Of a stretch of 64,000 nt of DNA, positions 37,720 through 52,176 are shown in pieces. Source of the DNA: Octopus sinensis (taxonomy: Eukaryota). How positions within the stretch are numbered: the first letter of the stretch is position 1; the number at the start of each line of letters is the position of its first letter. Location of the stretch: positions 62,930,001 through 62,994,000 of the forward strand of contig NC_042999.1 in NCBI RefSeq assembly GCF_006345805.1, written 5' to 3'. The position numbers and the translations under genes were made by a program. Below the pieces are notes generated by a model. The model was not told the origin of the DNA and searched no databases. It worked only from the letters and a program-made list of their open reading frames with translations.

Positions 37720-40700
37720 CTAAAAACAAAATGACATATATATATGTTAGGAACCATTTTAAACAAATTTATAAAACAAGATTAAGAAAATAAGATTCTC
37801 TTTCTCTCTCTCCCTTTTTTTTTTTTTTTTGTTTTGATATAGATAATGAAAAAGATATTTTTAAAATATTATGTCTGTGAGAATGGGTTACGAAATCTAG
37901 CATTTTCTATGAATTACTGAAGCAGATGTTATCAGCCAATGGTTAATAATACATGCTAGTGAAATCATGGACAGAGAATGCAAAAGACCTAGTGACCTGA
38001 ATGAAACAGATTAAATATAGTTCAATGGATATGAACTTCAAAGAAAGGCTGATAGAAAATCAATTGAACAGTTCTTTACAGAAATAGCAGAGCATCAGAT
38101 GAAATGCCTTCAAGTGAAGATTCATCCCTTAATATTTCGAGTTCAAATTTTACTGAAGTCAGATTAGTTTTTCCATCCTTCCAGAATCAATAATACTACT
38201 AAATATATTGAAACTACTTCAACGATGTACACACCATCATTGTAAAAAAAAATCACCTTTGCATCTCAACAAATGATACCACTGATTTTATTTTCTGTTA
38301 GTAGTCTAGGAGAGATGATAAAACAGTTGAATGATGAAAAAAAAAACGCATTCAGCTCCATACTTCAGTGGTCGGAATTCAAATACTTCTGTAACTGAAA
38401 CTATCATTCAGCCATCTGGAGTAAGAGTTCCAATGAAATTCATACTAGCTGTTGCTTAACGCCAAATCAATCCTGAACATGTAGATCTATAACAGAAAGT
38501 ACACTAGCCTTGATCATCCTTGTTTTTGGGTTTTTTTCCATTATTATAAACTGTGTATCAAGGCTTACATTGTTTAATGTGTTCTTCAGACAGTGTGTCC
38601 AGAGCTATATCATTCACTTTTTTTTTTTTTAAAGAGAGTAAAGGAAAGTTTGGTTATTTTTAGTCAGTTGAAAGGCTAGGCATTGAGATAATGTGATCAA
38701 CTTAAATGACTACTCTCCTTGTCTGCAACAACTGACCCTTGGTATAGTTATCATTTACTGTCTACATTTCCATGCTCACATGAGTGAGGTGGAATTAATT
38801 GAGACATATTTTCTTTGGCTGGATGCACTTCCTATCGCCAACCTTCACCTGTTTCCTTTCTTAACAAGGTAATATTTCCCCATGGCTAGACATATTTTCA
38901 CAGAAGAATAAATATGAACAGCACTGCTTGTATGACAATGACGGTTGTTTACAGCCATCACATGATGTCAAGACAAGGACACACATACAAACAGTTTCCG
39001 TCTATGAAACCCATTCACAAGGCTTTGGTTGACCTGGGGTTATAGCAAAAGATACTTTGTTAAACAGGAGAGACAAGAAGTTTTCTTTCTGCATAGAACA
39101 GTGTTTAAGTTGAACAGTTACAAGGAGATATGACAAAGTGCTCAGTAAGGCCACCAAATAAAAGATGAGTTGTTGGCATTAGAAAAAAGAAATGAATGTG
39201 AGTATTATATTTTACTCCCCCCACCTCATCCTTTTAATAACAATCCATCCAGGACAACTTCTTTTAACATGTTCAAATTTCAATTAAAATAATTGAGTAG
39301 TCATCCTGTTAGAGACCTGTAGAAGGAGGATTTTGAAGTGCTATGAGAGGGGTGGTGCAGTGCCATCCTCAGTAGCAGGGATGGTTCCAGGATGACGAGT
39401 CTCACATCCTGGCTGAAAGCTCTTTTGTGTTTTTTGGCCTGCCTGTTGCACACTACCAGCTCATTGTTTTACTGTCAGAGTATTCTCCTTTCGTCTTTGT
39501 CTCAATATACTTACATGAAGGTGATGAAACTATTTGCTCATAATTGAAGTAGTAGCTCACAAGCAGCTGGCTATGTTCATACAGTGGGAGGCCTGCACAC
39601 CATATCTCTGAGGCCCACAACTACTCCAAGATGCCCTGTGGTTTATTAACCAGGAATAGTGAGGAGCTCAGTTTCCATGGAGGTATTGTAAAACTTTAGT
39701 GATGTGAAGTTCTCTGTATACACAGGCAGAAGCCTACACACACAACTATTTTTACTCTCCTTTAATTATTTTGTTAGCATATTTCTGTTGAAATACACCG
39801 CCTTTATTTCAATTAATTAAAAAAATAATGAAGAGTTTAGCAAAATAACTTTGTCACTATTAAGCTAGTGTTTGAAACATAAATTGACAGCAATTTTAAA
39901 TGGAAGATTTAAAATTAGATCACTTTCAAGAATAAAGTTTGTATCAGAGAGCCAGAGGTAGTCTCAGGCAGATTGGTATCAGAATGGTTACGGAGAATAA
40001 CCAGCATCGGTAGCATCAGTAGCTTTAAGCAGAGAGCAACATGCATCGATTACAAGCAGTATAAATTACTGCACTGCAATCTTTAAACCCACACCTTCTG
40101 AAACTATATATGTAATACACACGCATTTTGACATTTTTGCAAATGCACATTTTACAGCAGTGAGATCATATAAATAATTGGTTCTAATGTTAGCAGTAAC
40201 AGGTATGTTTACAGTTGCCAAAAGATGCATATTATCAAGATATAAAGAATGCAATATATATATATATATGATACTGTCAACTGAAGGTCGAAGAGAAGAT
40301 TAAAGAGGTAGAAGAGGAGGAAAAAAAATCCTTGCTAAGCAAATAAAACTTGTATAAGTTTTGTTTGTTTAGGTCTATGTGATGCTTTCGTGAATATGAA
40401 ACAAAGTTAGAAATGGGAAACCACAGTATGGATTTATACAAATAGTTTCCTACATACATATAACACATTTTGAAATATAAACAAAAATGAAATAAAATGA
40501 AGGACTTTCATAAAGTCAAGAAAGAAAGAATAGAATAAAATAGAACAGTGGAATCAGTTATTAATAGAAACTGTATTCTGGCATTCTGAAAATGAAGCAG
40601 TGGGTGGTAGCTCAGTTTAAAAGTAGTCCAAGAAAACAAAAACAATGACAAAGAAGATTAAAAAGAAAATGGACAACCTTTCTTGTATTCAGAATGTGTG

Positions 40701-40900
40701 TGGTGGGGAGATGATGTGCATATATCTATTTTGTCTAATGCCCTTCTATGAATTTTATACGTAAATCACACACACGCAGTGGTCTAAAAGCCTTCATAAA
40801 GGCAACAAGGGTTTAATGTCAAATCAAATTTAATGAACCATATGCCAATGACTAGAATTATTTTTAAATCAAAGCTTGTCTTCTCATTATTTACAATAAG

Positions 40901-41133
40901 GCAGTGAGCTTGCAGAAATGTTAGCACGCTGGGCGAAATGTGTAGCATTATTTTGTCTATTGTTACGTTCCGAGTTCAAATTCCGCCAAGGTCGACTTTG
41001 CCTTTCATCATTTCGGGGTCGATAAATTAAATACCAGTTATGCACTCAGGTTGATATAATCGACCAATCCCTTTGTCTGTCCTTGTTTGTCCCCTCTATG
41101 TTTAGCCCCTTGTAGGTAGTAAAGAAAAAAGAA
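40901..41133 (+). mobile_element. tRNA-derived SINE, family A
   Basis: 13-bp TSD tatttacaataag at 40888-40900 and 41134-41146. Confidence 0.85.
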
Positions 41134-41566
41134 TATTTACAATAAGTGTTTACGAAAAGTTAGATGGATGTGTGAGCAAATGGATGGCTGGATGGGCAAA
41201 TAAGCGGATGAGTGTATGGATGGGTTAGTGTTTGCATGCACATCCACACTATACTCAATGAACTTAAGTGAGTGCAGATTCATCCATTTGGAGTTTTCAT
41301 TATAAAAAAAGGGGGGGGGGTTACACTGCTTGCACACAAACATGTACACTCTCACATACACACTATGATGCAGAAGACACAATCATAATGTTAACAGGTC
41401 CACTTCATAATTATATGGTTTTGTATTCAATCCCACTTTGTAGCAACCAGAGCAACTGACTTTTGCCTAGGCTTCTTGAAACATCTGAAGCATTGTGAAA
41501 GAAGCTTGAGAGACGGAGAAGCACAGAAGCTAATTGGATACATAAATACATATAAATATACATAAA

Positions 41567-41609
<43 letters not shown>

Positions 41610-42107
41610 TTTATTCTTTTATTTGTTTCAAGTCACTTGACTGCGGCCATGCTGGAGCACCACCTTTAGTCGAGCAAATCGATCCCAGGACTTATTCTTC
41701 ATAAGCCTAGTACTTATTCTATCGGTCTCTTTTTGCCAAACCGCTAAGTTACGGGGACGTAAACACACCACCATCGGTTGTCAAGCGATGTTGGGGGGGT
41801 CAAACACATACACAAACATATACACACACATACATATATAATTTAGTTTCAGATGAATATCGCACTTAAGTTGAAGCACAAGAATTTAGTACAGTATTAT
41901 CCATACAATTTCAAAATAAGGTGATTAAAATCACATTTTAAATTGATGTAATGAAATGATTGCATTGTTCAATGAAATGGAGTTGCATGAAATGATCATA
42001 CTGCATTACCTCTGGATATCCTTGTTGCTTATTTTGATTTTATATATATATACACGACAGGCTTCTTTCAGTTTCTGTCTACCAAATCCACTCACAAGGC
42101 TTTGGTC

Positions 42108-42148
<41 letters not shown>

Positions 42149-42508
42149 TGGATGGCAGAATCAATAGAGCATCAAACAAATCACCTTGTAGTATTTGGAT
42201 ATATTTCTTTCCTTTATGTTCCAAGCTGAAGTATCACTATGGCTGACTTATCCTTTCTGCCATCCAGAGTCAACAAATTAAGTGCCAGACCAAGTCCTGG
42301 AGTTGATATAATTGAGTAAAACCCTTGAAGAAAGTGTCCTAGCATGGCCACAGTCTAAATTTTAGTTCTTTCATAGGTTTCAGTCGCAGACTAAAAGAAT
42401 ACGCTCTCTCTCATACACACATTTTATACACAGGCACACAAACAGTCCAACCGATGCCAGCATGGAAAACAGATGTTAAATGATGGTTGTGTGTGTGTGT
42501 GTGTGTGT

Positions 42509-42546
<38 letters not shown>

Positions 42547-42816
42547 CAAGTGTATGGTTAAATGAAGAGTAGCTGGCCAAAATTTTTTAATTAGTCACCC
42601 CACATCTTGATATGGCTGGTTTAAAAGCACTTAAACTAGCCATATCTGGCCTAAATATTCTACCTGTTTCATGTTCAAACTGACCACATCTCACCTCTCA
42701 ATCAACCCTACAACATTATTCTAAAATTTAAACAATTATCTCTTCACAATCTGAAAGCTGCATGATAATGCACGGTTAATACAAAACAGTGAGAATAAAT
42801 AAGCATCACTTCTGAC

Positions 42817-43430
42817 AAGGTAAAGAGCCTTTTGGTCATGAATGACCACAAGATTACAACTAGAAAGTTCCTCTCCAAGGCACAAGTTTGGGCAATGTTG
42901 TTTATGGAAGACCAGCAGTCACCCATGCATACCAGCCTTCCCTATCACTCCACTGATGTTAGCCAAGGGAAAGGCAAAGGATGATACAGCTAGGCACTAG
43001 TGATGTTGCAACTCATTTCAACAGCTGAGTGAACTGGAGCAATATGAAAGTGTCATGCTCAAGAACACAACACACAACCCAGCTTGAGAATTGAACTCAC
43101 TACCTCATGACTGTGAGCCCAATGTTCCAACCACTGAGCCATGTATCTTCACCAGGCTGTATGTTGTGTTCTTGAGCAAGACACTTTATTTCACATTGCT
43201 CCAGTTCAACCAGCTGTAGAAATGGGTTGTAACATCACTGGTGCCAAGCTGTATCAATTGGTCTTTGCCTTTCCCTTGGATAACATTGGTGCCACAGAGA
43301 AGAGAGGCTGGTATGCATGGGCAACTACTAGTCTTCCATAAAAATAACCTTGCCCGGACTTGTGCTTCAGAGGGAACTTTCTAGGTGCAATCCCATAGTA
43401 ATTCGTGATAGAAGGGGGTCCTTACCTTTT
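42817..43430. mobile_element. Head-to-head inverted pair of one tRNA/CORE-like SINE family (full minus copy 42817-43152, 5'-truncated plus copy 43153-43430)
   Basis: Shared cttgagc..ttgctccagttca..gcctttcccttgg..ggctggtatgcatggg..gtcttccataaa on opposite strands. Confidence 0.8.
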
Positions 43431-45251
43431 AGTTTTGAGAGTATAATGTGAATGCTGAAGGGTTAACAAACATACTCTACTATAAAATATTGGGTAATTC
43501 TTTGGTTTAATGTTAAATGGTTTTATGTATAACTTGACATAAAAACAATATATATATATTACATGCACACATACACACAGTGTACTTAAGTTGGTATTTA
43601 GTATTGATTTGTAATTAAAGGCCAGGCAGGCTAGTAGGACATTTATTTATATTTGAGTATGTGTGTAAAAGTACATAATCATATTTTGATGCAATCAAAT
43701 GGGTGCAAGCATGTGCCAGTGCATGCACACACACACACACACTGCTTGATGACAAAGAAGCAGAATCCTCTTTTATATTTACAAATATCAAATCTAATGA
43801 AAAGGAAACTATGGACAAAATCATCATCATATCTTATTTTCCACACAAAGAGCTTGACTTGTACTCAATACTGAATTGTTTTTTACACTGTAAGAAAATT
43901 TAAGAAATTATGGGTGTCTATCATATACTTGATCTTCAGTCAATCTTTGTCATAACTGTATTTGCAGTAAACCCTATCAAAGTTGTCCCAATCACATTAC
44001 TAAATCACTTCCATTCCCTGTCCATGTTTCACTGCTACCTAACAACATACATATGTAGCATTTAGTTTGACTTTCCCTCAGAGAGAAACTCTTGTCTTTT
44101 TCACATTTCAGTGTGACCATGCTGGGACACCAGTTTTAAGGGTCTAGTCCAACAAATCGACCACAGTACTTTTTTTTTTTGTTTTTGAAGTCTGATACTT
44201 TATCGATCCCCTTCAATTTTAAACTACTCATAAATTTAAACTGTTTTTTATAAAACAACCACAACCTTTTTATTTATTAATATGGTGTTTTGTCCACAAC
44301 AAAAGATTCTCACATAAATGGATTTTTTGTCTCATAAACAACTCTAAACATAGGTACCATCTGAACTACAAAGTTATTTTATTTTTGTTTAAATACCACC
44401 ATATAAAATCAATTGTTAGTTAATATTATATCATATAGCTTACCAAATGATTGCTGGTGTCAAAATGGCAGAGGATATCCAGCTTGCTACACAACTGAAT
44501 GTTAGTCTATATGTATTGTCAATCATGATTATCTAATTTTCTTCTTAGCTAGTGTTATTTCATATGAAATAAGTACTGCTTATAATGCATTTGCTACCTT
44601 AGAAAATACTTCCTAATAATTCTAGGAAGTAATTTGGGAAAAAAATATGTCTGTTGTTCATTTTATAGGGCACTGTTATATCTGAAGCACTACTTGCCAC
44701 CCCAAACCCTGACCTTGCATTTATAAGAAACAGGCAGGTTTTCTGGGGATTTTTTTCGCTTTTGTTTTTAAATATGCATCTTAAAAGCCACCAAATATGA
44801 TATATTTATTACCTAGATAACAACATAACTATTACATAAACAGAGTAGTCCTACATCTTAAATACATTCCTTCTCTTTCAGCCAGCTATTTACTTATACA
44901 CAAGGGTTTACCTAGCAAGTATTACACTGTACCCATTGTGTACCCACTGACTACAGAGTATCACATTTCTGTCTCCTCCCTTCTCCTGCATACTAAGCAT
45001 GGCAGCTCACTTTTCAAAAACCCATCTTTTGTGATTCTTGATACTAATTAGTGGTTCTAATTATAGCAATGTTCATATTTCCATCTATTTTGATTCAATA
45101 CTACTCTATCAGGCTTCTAAGTTCAACAGTTTTTTCAGCAAATGAGAATGAGGTTGTCAGTATACACAAATTCCCTTGAAAATCAGGTTCTCTTAAGAGC
45201 AAGACGATAGTGGTTCAGTGACTAACCAGCAAGATACATGTGGATAACAGT

Positions 45252-45600
45252 TATAATAATAATAATAATATAATAATAATAATGAAATTATTGTATACAG
45301 TGCTCAGGTGCACCACAACTTGTCAAAAAGTGCGCATAAAGTATATGCAGTAATGTACAAATGTCTGGAAAGTGAACAGTGTATGAGTCAGATACATGCT
45401 TGCGTGTGTATGGAGGGGAGAAAATCAGATGTAGTGTTGGCGAATCTCAGGAAGCATGGAAGTTTTGAAGGATGCAGTGCTCCGACAACTAACAACTGAT
45501 GCCGGCAGTCTGTTCCATGCTTCAGCAACTCTTAGCGTGAAAAAATGTTTCCAAAAGTCATGGAAGCTGTGCTGTTTTCTGACTTTGTAAACATGTCCAG
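45252..45600 (-). mobile_element. CR1/L2-type LINE 3' fragment (same family as 3604-4070)
   Basis: Near-identical to 3604-3935. Confidence 0.8.
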
Positions 45601-46214
45601 AATAACTGATAATATAGGAAAACACAAAAGTCTGATGAAATTAGTGGTTTGTGTAGACAAAAATTTCTCTATAAATTTGGGATTTTGTGCTTGTTTCAGA
45701 AAGAATGACTTGTCTATTTTGGTAATGTTTGTAAGTTAATCTATAATATGGAAGAAGTGGCCCAAACATTTAAGACCATCTTAGATTAAGGCATTAAAGT
45801 AAATTGGTGAGACTAAAACAGTTAACATTGACTTTGAAAAGCTCTAGGTATCGGTTAAGAAGTTAATACTGGGTAAAGACAGTTTTAAGAGGAGGCATTG
45901 GATAAAGTGCTACAATGGAAAGAAATAGAGACATACAGTTGATGAGTGGCAGAGAAAAGGAGGCAAAATAAGTTGATAGGTTTTAAGTAGCAGTTAGACA
46001 GAATTATCATGTTTATATGGTATTGTCATTAGAGACAGAACTGGTAGAGAAAAGATATAACAAAATGGTGGATCAGTGTTTTGATTCATTTTTATTGAAC
46101 ACAGTTACCCCAGATGTGTGGAAAGATATCTGCTACAAAGACCATGTTTGGGACTTGTAAAGGATTTAGCAGCTACCAAAAGTTGAAAGAGAGACCATTT
46201 TACATTGGGTTGGT

Positions 46215-46602
46215 ATTTATCAAGTGCTAGTAGGGTGCCAAGAGCACTATCCGAGCGTGATCATTGCCAGAGAAGCCAACTGGCTTCCATGCCAGTGGGC
46301 ACGTAAAAAGGGCACCATTCGAGCGTGATCGTTACCAAAATTGCCTTCTGGCACCTGTGCTGGTGGCATGTATAAAAGGATTTGAGCAAGGTCATTGCCA
46401 GTACCGCCTGACTGGCCCCTGTGCCGGTGGCACGTAAAAGCACCCACTACACTCTCGGAGTGGTTGGCATTAGGAAGGGCATCCAGCTGTAGAAACTCTG
46501 CCAAATCAAGACTGGAGCTTGGTGCAGCCATCTGGTTCGCCAGCCCTCAGTCAAAATCATCCAACCCATGCTAGCATGGAAAGTAGACGTTAAACGATGA
46601 TG
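46215..46602 (+). mobile_element. RTE 3' UTR fragment
   Basis: About 65-bp gtggcacgtaaaaagcacc units, conserved terminal core, gatgat tail. Confidence 0.8.
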
Positions 46603-47671
46603 TGATTTTCAGACAGAGTGCTTTCTTGTGGATATAGAGCAAAATGTGTTTGTGTCTGAGAGAGAGAAAGAGAGAGACAATAAAGTGCATAAACAATATT
46701 CTAATGTATAAACAGTATTCTAATGTAACCTTTACAGCAGAAATGAAATATTCTATGCAGAGTAGTGAACTAAATATTTTCAGCTAAGTACACTGTTGAA
46801 ATGGTAAGAAAAAAAATGAGTCCCAGATTTCTTTGATACAAAAATGGAAACATTTCAGTAGCATCCTCTTCCATTCCAATATCTCAAAGGTTAGGAAGAG
46901 TTATAATAAACAGACAGCATGCCACAATTGTAGAATGCAACCTGCTCTATAGTAACCAACAATGCAACAGTTAATGTAACAACTTAAATCAATTTTCTTT
47001 ATATATTATATGCAACGTTGTAAAGAAAATAAATGAAACCATACCCATTAGGCTCTAGGGATTAAAAAGACGAGAGAGAAAGAAAAACACTAAGATACTC
47101 AGTCTTTATATTGCAACTATTATGCAAATACCTACATAATTTTTAGATATTACTTATAGAGCTGAGAAATAAAGGTTTCTATGTACAAAGATTGTCACTT
47201 CAACAGAAAATTCAACAACTGGATTATTTGACATTAAAATGACTTGGCTATAGAGGCAATGGACTATTTCACACAAACTATTTTCTACTCATAAATATTT
47301 CAGATGACAGCTCAGAAATAGTACTATGTTAATTACCAGCTTGTATTACTCCATTACTAAAAACTTAGCTACTAAATAAAAAACACATTTGCTATATATT
47401 TGTCTACTTCAGTATTATTAGCTTCAAGGCATATTTACATTCACGCATAATGTCATTACAGTGATTTTAGCCAACTATATGCTACTTCATTCAACTCTTT
47501 AAAAATCTTATCCAAATATCCACAACTGCCTCCAAATCCTAAACTGCATGAAATTGCCATTCCAAATGGTGTTTGGAGTTGAAAACTAGAACTAAGCACT
47601 CTTCAGTGAGAGAAACAATATTTAGCTTTAAAAAAAAAAAATTCCTGTTTCTACCATATGTTTATTTTTCA

Positions 47672-48064
47672 GAGCCATCTATGGCTGTGTGGAAAAAAGC
47701 TTACTTTCCAACCACATGATTCCAGGTTCAGTCCCACTGAGTGGCACTTTGGGTAAGTGTCTTCTGTAGCCTCGAAACCAAAACTTTGTGAGTGGATACG
47801 ATAGACAGAAACAGTAAGAAGCTCATCATTTATGTGTGTGCGAGTGTCTTTGTGTCTGTGTTTGTGCACCCCACCCATTACTGCTTGACAACTGGCGTTG
47901 GTGTGTGTTTACATCGCCATAACTTAGCAGTTTGGCAAAAAAGGTCGATAGAATAAGTACCAGACATAAAAGATAAGTTCTGGAGTCAATTTGTTCAACT
48001 AGAACATTTCAAGGTACTGCTCCAGCATGGCCATAGTCGAATGACTAAAACAAGAATAAAAGAA
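47672..48064 (+). mobile_element. SINE family B (diverged)
   Basis: Homology along the full length. Other diverged or partial copies near 1475-1720, 11160-11310, 26940-27330, 41605-41830, 60340-60760 and 61475-61640. Confidence 0.75.
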
Positions 48065-48109
48065 TCTATGCATGATACTTAATGTAAATGCATCATTGAA
48101 ACGCAAACT

Positions 48110-48590
48110 TGCACTCATCTACAGATAACATCTCTTATGGACACATGTCCATAAAAGATATTGCCTATGGACAAACACTGCAATAAATTTGCCTTTCAAC
48201 AATGTATTTACATGAAGATTGACATGTATATGGTCACTGGCACTATAGTGCTAGTGCATGCATCTACAGCTGCGTGCGTGCGCACATACACGCGAGTACT
48301 GTCCAAATATACGACCAATCACATACAGCTAGCTGGCATTCAATTGGCGTATCAAGTTTCGGTCATTTTGATTGGGTTTTGGATAGAAAATTCACAAAAA
48401 AGTCACTTCTATTGATTTTTTTAATGGCTTTGCAAGGTGACTGGGGAAATGAAAAGATGTGCATGACCACCCATGGACGGTTTTGAACGACCATAGAAAG
48501 TGCGAGCCCTCTAACTGAAAAATTGTGGATTTGTATAAAGGACACACACACACACAGACAGACATTTTGCCGTTTATATATATATAGATT
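48110..48590 (+). mobile_element. Possible non-autonomous Helitron/Helentron-like element
   Basis: 3' end (ca)n cagacagacattttgccgtttatatatatatagat resembles Lep1/DINE-type ends; no clear 5' end. Confidence 0.35.
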
Positions 48591-48829
48591 TCAATTTAAT
48601 ATTGCCTAAACTGTATATAATTTTTTCATTTTATTATCAAGCGAATTTCTCAGGATTTCTGTCTTCCTTCAATTTCTGAGCATAATGGCAGTTAATATGC
48701 GATGACACCTTTCTCTTCAGTCAAGCTCTCATCAACTTTTAAGTTCCACTTAGAATGGAAAGTGAAGGTGGAGAGAGAAGTACTACCTCCAAATGAATTT
48801 GCAAAAAGAAAAGTGACTGTGCCAAAATG

Positions 48830-49145
48830 GTTAGAATGAATGGTCCAATTCTAAGCATACACCTGTAGACTAGAGAGCAACAGTTGGGAGAGCACTCAAG
48901 CCTTCAGCGACCAGGGTAATCTTGGGTCTGTAGGGTTCCTTCATTGGCCCTAGTTGGAATTTCCCCTATATAAGGGAAATTGCATCATTCAGGTTATGAC
49001 ATACTTTATATACTATGTATCTTTTATTGAATTTCACTGCCCTTTCCATTTCTTTCTCATCTTTTATGTAAATTCCCACACAAACAGTTAACTGTCATTG
49101 TGATGTCCCCCTCATCTATGCCTCTGTGGCAAATAAAAAAAAAAT
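48830..49145 (+). mobile_element. Possible LINE 3' end with poly(A)
   Basis: ..gatgtccccctc..gcctctgtggcaaataaaaaaaaaa; clade not assignable by eye. Confidence 0.3.
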
Positions 49146-49584
49146 CATTATTAATGATTTATTTATTACTTATATACTAGCATACCTGTGTCGTCAAAAA
49201 TGCCAACAGTTTTATTAATGATAGAAAATGGCACATCAATGCAATGGAAGAAACCATTGTTAAATGTCAACAATCACATAAGTATATGTACATAGACAGA
49301 ACTGAAGCACTTGGACAATCAGATATGTTTGTGACATCTAGTTTGAAAATATCATCCATGTAATACATACAGGGGAGGGGGTGAGAAGTTCTTGGCTTTG
49401 GGTAAAAGAAGATACAAGAGAATCAGTTAATTATGATTCTATTCAACATATTTTCCCTCTCAGATTCACATAATTATTGCAGCAGCCCTTCAATTTTTCT
49501 AAGCCCTGTAAAAGAACTTGGAAGATTGGGAATCCAGCCAAGCCTTTCACAATACCCTTAAAGCCAAGAACTTTACTGCACCCC

Positions 49585-49624
<40 letters not shown>

Positions 49625-49764
49625 ATGTATGCATGGCAGTGACACAGTTATCACCCAATGTCAAGACAAGGAGACAGTAAAACACACACACATATGTATA
49701 GATAACGTGTGTGTGTGTACCTCTACTGGCAACAAAGGGCCTTTCTCACAGAGTGCAAAGCAGA

Positions 49765-50706
49765 TTGCTTGATGCCTGTGGGCAAACAGCTATGCTGCAT
49801 GGCAGGGAAACATGAGCTATGACAGCCAAGGACATGCGTACGCATGAGAGAAGTGAAGCCAGTATGTTTCACTGGATGTGCAATGTCAGTGTGCATGTTC
49901 GACAGAGTGTAAGCATCTTGAGAGAAAAGTTAGGCATGAGAAGCATCAGGTGTGGTGTGCAAGAGGGACAGCTGCACTGGTATGGTCATGTGATGCATAT
50001 GGACGAGGACAGTTGTGTATAGAGGTACCAATCTCTAACTGTGGAGGGGACCTGTGGTAGAGGTAGATCCAGGAAGACATAGGATGAGGCAGTGAAGCAT
50101 GACTTTCAAACTTTGAAACTCACAAAGGCAATGATTAGTGACCAAGACCTTTGGTGATGTACTCTACTTAAGGGGACCCATCAAACCAAGTGTACCTGTG
50201 CTGGTGGCTTGTAAAAAAATCAATCCTGAATGTCAGGCCTCACAGAGGCAAATTAGCTGAGCAGCTTTCAAGCATCGGACCTGTCGGAGGCAATGTGGTT
50301 GAGTTCCTTTCGAACGGGCCCCACGGAGGCTAGATGGTCGAGTTCCTTTCAAGCGTTGGGCCTCATGGATGCAAAGTGGCCAAGCACCTTTCCAGTGTTG
50401 GGCGTCACGGAGGCAACGATCAAGACTTCTGGCATTATGTTGCGCCTGAGAAGAAGACCCATCAAACCGAGCAAAGTTGCAGTCGTGGTAGATACTAGTG
50501 TCATGCAAATGGCACCTGTGCTGGTGGCACATAAAAGCACCCATTACACTCTTGGAGTGGTTGGTGTTAGGAAGGGCCTCCAGCTGTAGAAAACCATGCT
50601 AAATCAGACTGTATCCTGGCACAGCCTTCCAGCATGCCAGCCCAGTCAAATCATCCAACCCATGCCAACATGGACAATGGACGCTAAATAATGATAATGA
50701 TGATGA
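49765..50706 (+). mobile_element. RTE LINE 3' fragment (RT C-terminus plus 3' UTR with about 42-bp tandem units)
   Basis: ORF 49819-50022 (..WMCNVSVHVRQSV..WYGHVMHMDEDS) matches 22200-22360; (gat)n tail near 50700. Confidence 0.85.
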
Positions 50707-51262
50707 TACATATATTAATCTTTTTACTTAGTATCAACTCACAACAATTAAAAGTAAACATCATTTTTATCAATCCCAACTATATTTAGCTTTATGAAAA
50801 AGCCTAAGAAGTTTACATGATACTATGTCTCTTAGGATTATTAATAAAAAAAAAAGTGTAAATTTCCAATTGATTACTAACATTGTCGGTGTCGGACACT
50901 TTTACTGATTAAGCTGAAATAAGAATTCAGAATTGACATTTGCAACAAAATTCATAAAGTCAGTTTATAAGTATAGCTTCATTAAATGACATCTTATTCA
51001 CTAACTTTAACAGCACCTAGTGGATAAAAGACATAGTAAAGAGAAGCTATGTATGTATATGTGTGTGTGTGTGTGTGTGTTGTTTCATTTCTCATTGTGT
51101 TCAATGCTTTTTTGATGTCCTGTACCCATATATGCATGTATATATACATATTATATATATATTATTTATATATATATAAATAACATATGTATATATGCAT
51201 ATATAGATATACATATGTAGGTATGTAACATATGTATATATGCATATATTTATATATCATTT

Positions 51263-51299
<37 letters not shown>

Positions 51300-51377
51300 C
51301 ATATGTATATAGCATATATAGATATACATATGTAGGTATGTAACATATGTATATATGCATATATTTATATATCATTT

Positions 51378-51422
<45 letters not shown>

Positions 51423-51500
51423 CATATGTATATATGCATATATAGATATACATATGTAGGTATGTAACATATGTATATATGCATATATTATATATCAATT

Positions 51501-51546
<46 letters not shown>

Positions 51547-51682
51547 TCAATAAATGGTGGGGTTGTGTTGACCGCACGTGGAGAAATGATAAGTAAGGAA
51601 AAAAGTTTTTAAAAATGCAGAATGCTCAAATGAAAGAAAATTTTAATAAAATGAGAAAATGATAAAATATATAATATATATT

Positions 51683-51723
51683 TATTCAACCGGTTTTCGT
51701 CATTGTATGACTTGTCAAGAATA
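51683..51723 (-). ncRNA. Variant minimal hammerhead motif (U3-A8 core), left palindrome arm
   Basis: Identical reverse-complement copy of 52046-52086. Confidence 0.65.
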
Positions 51724-52045
51724 TTTATGTTTTAAGAAGTTTTTTTAAAATTAGAAAGGGGAAAAAAGAAAATTGCATTGTTTTTTGTAAAAGAATAATG
51801 ATAAAAATGTACAAAAATTAAAAATAAGTTCTCCGATACATTGTGAGTTCGTTGTGTATCTTGAGTTTTATGGTTGTTTACCAAGTAAACAACCATAAAA
51901 CTCAAGATACACAACGAACTCACAATGTATCGGAGAACTTATTTTTTAATTTTTGTACATTTTTATCATTATTCTTTTACAAAAAACAATGCAATTTTCT
52001 TTTTTTCCCCTTTCTAATTTTTAAAAAAACTTCTTAAAACATAAA

Positions 52046-52086
52046 TATTCTTGACAAGTCATACAATGACGAAAACCGGTTGAATA
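52046..52086 (+). ncRNA. Variant minimal hammerhead motif (U3-A8 core), right palindrome arm
   Basis: TATTC-TTGACAA-GTCA(tacaa)TGAC-GAAAA-CCGG-TT-GAATA: stem I 5 bp, stem II with G10.1-C11.1, palindromic stem III, one extra A after GAAA. Confidence 0.65.
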
Positions 52087-52176
52087 AATATATATTTATA
52101 TATTTTATCATTTTCTCATTTTATTAAAATTTTCTTTCATTGAGCATTCTGCATTTTTAAAAAAATTTTTCCTTAC

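Noticed and set aside
45720-46200. Purine-rich stretch with faint RT-like words (GETKTVNIDFEK)
   Set aside because: Too degenerate to assign strand or family by eye.
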